From IMG/VR virus record IMGVR_UViG_3300020336_000481, positions 64,001-128,000 of that record: a stretch of 64,000 nucleotides of DNA. The stretch is one strand, 5' to 3'. Position 1 is the first letter of the stretch, and each line of letters starts with the position of its first letter. Positions 60,223-64,000 of this stretch are shown here, one piece after another. Source of the stretch: a virus. Its lineage: Duplodnaviria > Caudoviricetes. Both the position numbers and the translations under genes were made by a program. The notes beneath the pieces were generated by a model. That model saw only the letters and a list, made by a program, of their open reading frames with translations, was not told the origin of the DNA and did no database searches.

Positions 60223-60677
60223 TGGGTTGGTATAGCGAGATATCTCGAAACATTGGTAAGATACCTGATGCAATTAAATTCTTTGAATCAGAATTACAAG
60301 ACGCACGGGTTGAGGTAAAACTAAAAGGCAATGTTGAAAAGGCTGCGGCAAATATGCCCGGCATTGTTGAACACAGGTTTAACCAACTACAAGAGATTGA
60401 AGCTATACTCAACTACATGAATATTGAACTTCGACGTTTACGTAGTTCGTATTTCAAAAAATATCTTGAAAACTATCAACGAGCTCTGTCAAGCCGTGAC
60501 GTTGAAAAATACGTTGACGGTGAGGCAGACGTTGTTGATTATGAAAAGATTATTAATGAGTTTGCCTTACTTAGAAATAAATGGTTAGGATTATTAAAAG
60601 GACTTGATCAAAAACAGTGGCAGATAACAAATGTAGTTAAATTAAGAGTTGCTGGAATGGAAGATGCATCAGTCTAA
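60222..60677 (+). CDS. uvsY: Recombination mediator UvsY-like protein
   Basis: Helical; YVDGEAD...KGLDQKQWQITNVVKLR C-terminal pattern; near uvsX. Confidence 0.7.
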   Translation: MGWYSEISRNIGKIPDAIKFFESELQDARVEVKLKGNVEKAAANMPGIVEHRFNQLQEIEAILNYMNIELRRLRSSYFKKYLENYQRALSSRDVEKYVDGEADVVDYEKIINEFALLRNKWLGLLKGLDQKQWQITNVVKLRVAGMEDASV

Positions 60678-61503
60678 ATATAATGTAATATCAAGTGCAA
60701 ATCAAAAATATTGGGAATCGGGTTCAAGGATCAATACGTTAACATGGGATCTAAATCTTGCTTCATATATTAATATACACACATATGCTGAAGATAAACT
60801 AGATACAACGGGGTTTAGCACACGTTGCCATTGGTATGATCTATATAATGAATGTCCTGATATATTAGAGTTTAAAGAAAAATACAAAGACGATCCTCAT
60901 TACAACGGAACAAAAGAAACAGGCTTACAAGCATACAAGTTCAATGCAATTAAGTTTGCACATAAAACATTTCCAATATTTGATCTAGCAAAAAAATTAA
61001 ATACAGGTTGGCTTATGTGGGTTGATAGTGATGTTATAATTTATAAAACATTAGAAAAAGATTTCTTAAATCAAATTTGTCCTCAAAGTAAAGCAATTAC
61101 ATACTTAGGCAGACCGTCAATGTATAGTGAATGCGGCTTTATAGGATTTAATTTAGACATGCCAGAAACTAAAATATTCTTAGAACGTTTTAAAGACTTT
61201 TATACTAGCGGCAATCTTAGTAATATTAGAGAAACACACGACTCATTTGTATTTGATCAAGTTATGGAATCATTCTCGGACAAAACAAAATTTTATAACT
61301 TAAATACATATGCAAAGACTAACAAGCATCCGTTTTTACAATCTGTTTTAAAAGAACGTATGACACATGCTAAGGGTTTAGAAAAATTAAGAGTACAAAG
61401 AAAATATTTAAAACGTTTTAAGATGCATAAATTTTTAGAAGAACATGATCGAATGATGGAGTTTCTACATAAAAAATATGGTCATCTTGGCGCTATAAAA
61501 TAG
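60664..61503 (+). CDS. Putative GT-A glycosyltransferase
   Basis: KFAHK...WVDSD (DxD)...ECGFIGF...HDSFVF. Confidence 0.65.
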   Translation: MHQSKYNVISSANQKYWESGSRINTLTWDLNLASYINIHTYAEDKLDTTGFSTRCHWYDLYNECPDILEFKEKYKDDPHYNGTKETGLQAYKFNAIKFAHKTFPIFDLAKKLNTGWLMWVDSDVIIYKTLEKDFLNQICPQSKAITYLGRPSMYSECGFIGFNLDMPETKIFLERFKDFYTSGNLSNIRETHDSFVFDQVMESFSDKTKFYNLNTYAKTNKHPFLQSVLKERMTHAKGLEKLRVQRKYLKRFKMHKFLEEHDRMMEFLHKKYGHLGAIK

Positions 61504-61515
61504 AAAGAGAGATTA

Positions 61516-62085
61516 ATGTTGCAAGAACATTTAGGCGGACATGCCGGCAAAACACATTTAGATAAAATGGCGATAGCCTGGATTAAAGAAAAATTTTTAG
61601 CAAAAAGTTTTTTAGATATAGGATGTGGTCCTGGAGGCATGGTCGAATATGCAACTTCGCAAGGCTTAGATGCAGTGGGCATCGATGGCGATCATACTCT
61701 TAAAAGATTTGACGATAGTAAATTTATATTACACGACTTTACTAACGGTCCTTGTCCATTGTCTAAACAGTATGACTTTGGTTGGAGTTGTGAGTTTGTA
61801 GAACATGTATATGAAAAATATATTCCTAACTATATTCAATCTTTTCAAAATTGTAAAGTAGTAATGATTACATATGCTCCACCAGGTTGGGTAGGACATC
61901 ATCATGTTAACTGTCAAGAAGAATATTATTGGATCGATAAATTTAAAGGATACGGATTAGAATATAGAAAAGATTGGACTGAAGAATTGCGTAAAATTAG
62001 CTCTATGAATACTAAAAAAGGCAACGCTACGAAAAAATCTTTTGTAAAAAATAGAGGATTAATTTTTCAGAATGTCGCAAGATAA
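61516..62085 (+). CDS. Class I SAM-dependent methyltransferase
   Basis: FLDIGCGPG, GIDG, CEFVEH, GHHHVNCQ...YW. Confidence 0.8.
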   Translation: MLQEHLGGHAGKTHLDKMAIAWIKEKFLAKSFLDIGCGPGGMVEYATSQGLDAVGIDGDHTLKRFDDSKFILHDFTNGPCPLSKQYDFGWSCEFVEHVYEKYIPNYIQSFQNCKVVMITYAPPGWVGHHHVNCQEEYYWIDKFKGYGLEYRKDWTEELRKISSMNTKKGNATKKSFVKNRGLIFQNVAR

Positions 62086-63013
62086 AGAACCTTTAGTTTT
62101 AGGAATAGAAGAAATGTATAGGAATCATCCTATACCTAATCTACCAAATTTTAAAATTGTACCTTTTAACGATCCTTTATTAGAACAAGCAGACATATAC
62201 ATACAAAATAATATTATAGATCAAAAAAGAAAAAAATTTAAAAAATATTATCAATATATTATTGACAGCGGTAAGCCTTATATATGTGTTGAGTCTGCTG
62301 TATTTAGACGCAACATGAAACAGCCTCCACACCCAAAAGCATATCATAGATACAGTTGGTTTAGTTATTTTAGAGACGAAGGCTTATATAATAATTTAAA
62401 TTCAAGTGGAGATCGTTGGAAAAAAATACAACAAGATCAAAATATAGAAATAAAAGATTGGCGACACGAAGGCGAATATATATTATTGATTATGCAACGC
62501 CCTGGAGATAGTAGTTTAAAAAACTTAATGGCTAAGCATGGCGACTACGAATCTTTTATTACTAATGTATTAAACGAAATAAGAACATATACTGATAGAA
62601 AAATACGTATAAGATTACATCCGTTAAGACAAGAAATACAACACGAAATCTTAAAAAAAATAAATGCACCTAATATTGAAATTAGTACAAATATACAAGG
62701 AGCAGGTTTACTAGAAGGTGGAAATGGATTATACGAAGACTTTAAACATGCAAGAGTAGTTGTAGGATTTAATTCAAATGCACTAACAGAAAGTGTATGT
62801 GAAGGCATACCTACTTTTAGTTTATGCCCAAGTTCAATGGCTTGGGAGTGTTCAAACCACGATTTAAAATATATAGAAACTCCTGTTATAGATTTAGATA
62901 GGACATACTGGTTGCGTAATTTAGGTTATTGTCAATGGAGTGAAGAAGAAATAGAAAGGGGCGATCCTTGGTATCATCTCAGATCATTGTATCCAGATAA
63001 CTTGGCTCGATAA
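62072..63013 (+). CDS. Capsule-polysaccharide-biosynthesis-like (GT-B) protein
   Basis: MQRPGDSS, IRLHP, NSNALTESVCEGIP. Confidence 0.65.
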   Translation: MSQDKEPLVLGIEEMYRNHPIPNLPNFKIVPFNDPLLEQADIYIQNNIIDQKRKKFKKYYQYIIDSGKPYICVESAVFRRNMKQPPHPKAYHRYSWFSYFRDEGLYNNLNSSGDRWKKIQQDQNIEIKDWRHEGEYILLIMQRPGDSSLKNLMAKHGDYESFITNVLNEIRTYTDRKIRIRLHPLRQEIQHEILKKINAPNIEISTNIQGAGLLEGGNGLYEDFKHARVVVGFNSNALTESVCEGIPTFSLCPSSMAWECSNHDLKYIETPVIDLDRTYWLRNLGYCQWSEEEIERGDPWYHLRSLYPDNLAR

Positions 63014-63016
63014 GTA
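63009..63016 (+). promoter_or_regulatory. Late promoter variant GATAAGTA, 5 nt before ATG
   Basis: GATAAGTA-TTACT-ATG. Confidence 0.5.
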
Positions 63017-63021
63017 TTACT

Positions 63022-63798
63022 ATGGAACAAGTTGTATTAGTTACAGGTGGTTTTGACCCCTTACACTCAGGACACATTGAGTACTTTAAAGAAGCAAAAA
63101 AACTTGGCACTAAACTAATTGTTGGTGTTAATTCGGACGATTGGCTTACACGTAAAAAAGGCAGACCATTTATGCCATTTACAGAACGTGTTGCACTTAT
63201 AGAAGAAATGAAAGTAGTTGATAAAGTTATCGGCTTTGATGATAGCGATGACAGTGCATGTCATGCTATATTCCATACTATGAGTACACACGGATCTGGA
63301 ACTAAAGTTATCTTTGCTAACGGCGGAGATAGGACTAATACTACTACACCTGAATACAAAACATATAGTAGCTATCCACATGTAGATTTTGTATTTGGAG
63401 TTGGCGGCGAACATAAAATGAATTCTAGTAGTTGGATACTAGAGGAATGGAAAGCCCCAAAGACAGAGCGTACATGGGGATATTACAGAGTGATACATGA
63501 ATACGATAAACACACTAAAGTAAAAGAGTTAGCAGTACCGCCCGGCGGCAAACTGTCAATGCAACGCCACAAAGAACGTGCAGAGCATTGGTTTATTGCA
63601 GAAGGTACAGCAACAGTATATACAATAAACAATAAGACAGATATAGAAACATTAGGAGTATATCAACAGCATAAGTCATTACACATACCTGTAGGCACTT
63701 GGCATCAACTTGCTAATGAGCATGACACTGATTTAAAATTAGTAGAAATACAATATGGTACTAAATGCGTGGAGGAAGACATTGAACGAAGATCTTAA
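63022..63798 (+). CDS. Cytidylyltransferase-family nucleotidyltransferase fused to a mannose-6-phosphate-isomerase-type cupin
   Basis: TGGFDPLHSGH, NSDDWL.RKKG, FANGGDR, SSS; RTWGYY...LSMQRH..RAEHW...EIQYG..C.EEDI.R. Confidence 0.85.
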   Translation: MEQVVLVTGGFDPLHSGHIEYFKEAKKLGTKLIVGVNSDDWLTRKKGRPFMPFTERVALIEEMKVVDKVIGFDDSDDSACHAIFHTMSTHGSGTKVIFANGGDRTNTTTPEYKTYSSYPHVDFVFGVGGEHKMNSSSWILEEWKAPKTERTWGYYRVIHEYDKHTKVKELAVPPGGKLSMQRHKERAEHWFIAEGTATVYTINNKTDIETLGVYQQHKSLHIPVGTWHQLANEHDTDLKLVEIQYGTKCVEEDIERRS

Positions 63799-64000
63799 AG
63801 TATTTGTAGGATACGATAGTCGAGAAGATATTGCATATCAAGTATGTAAACACTCATTAGAACAAAATAACAAAAAGAAAAATATAAAAATTGAACCTAT
63901 CGCGTTGAGTCAATTACAAGAAGATTTAATCTATACAAGAGATGTAGACCCGTTAGCAAGTACCGAGTTTACGTTCAGCAGATTCTTAGTTCCGTATCTT
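63782..64000 (+). CDS. Glycosyltransferase, 3'-truncated by the window edge (absent from the ORF track)
   Basis: SD GGAGG plus TTG start; reads VFVGYDSREDIAYQVCKHS...ASTEFTFSRFLVPYL. Confidence 0.75.
   Translation, partial: MNEDLKVFVGYDSREDIAYQVCKHSLEQNNKKKNIKIEPIALSQLQEDLIYTRDVDPLASTEFTFSRFLVPYL

Noticed and set aside
29271-60663. ORF-track starts at 29271, 32536, 34091, 40457, 43004, 43852, 55261 and 60649
   Set aside because: Downstream ATGs fit SD, gene-overlap, paralog or promoter evidence better, so the starts were adjusted
1-64000. tRNA genes, rRNA, CRISPR arrays, stop-codon reassignment
   Set aside because: None seen by eye; intergenic space is minimal and genes are intact under the standard code with TAA, TAG and TGA all used as stops

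Overview
An AT-rich 64-kb segment of a large T4-like (contractile-tail) dsDNA phage genome, probably uncultured and aquatic (inference), using the standard genetic code. 1-26.1 kb: a late-gene block of very large paralogous tail-fibre/baseplate-type proteins, an S74-chaperone fibre and three receptor-binding candidates with a shared N-terminal anchor. 26.2-34.4 kb: two unknown genes, then a sigma70-type operon of tailoring enzymes (U32-family Fe-S protein fused to a methyltransferase, flavin-dependent halogenase, two 2OG-Fe(II) oxygenases, two DUF6065-like paralogs, a J-domain protein). 34.4-39.4 kb: cupredoxin-domain fibres flanking an S8 protease. 39.4-57.7 kb: Nudix hydrolase, gp15/gp14/gp13-like neck genes, dNMP kinase, HNH-like gene, sheath, tube, gp4 and terminase. 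57.9-64 kb: gp32-uvsX-uvsY and a glycosyl/methyl/nucleotidyltransferase cluster. Most notable: the halogenase/hydroxylase/methylase operon beside the RBP genes; a likely -1 frameshift at an A9 run; late promoters that would give leaderless mRNAs; structured 5' UTR candidates at 2867-2973 and before gp32; and type-1 copper-like sites on fibre proteins, one with an axial Gln. All calls come from motif recognition by eye; no searches were run.
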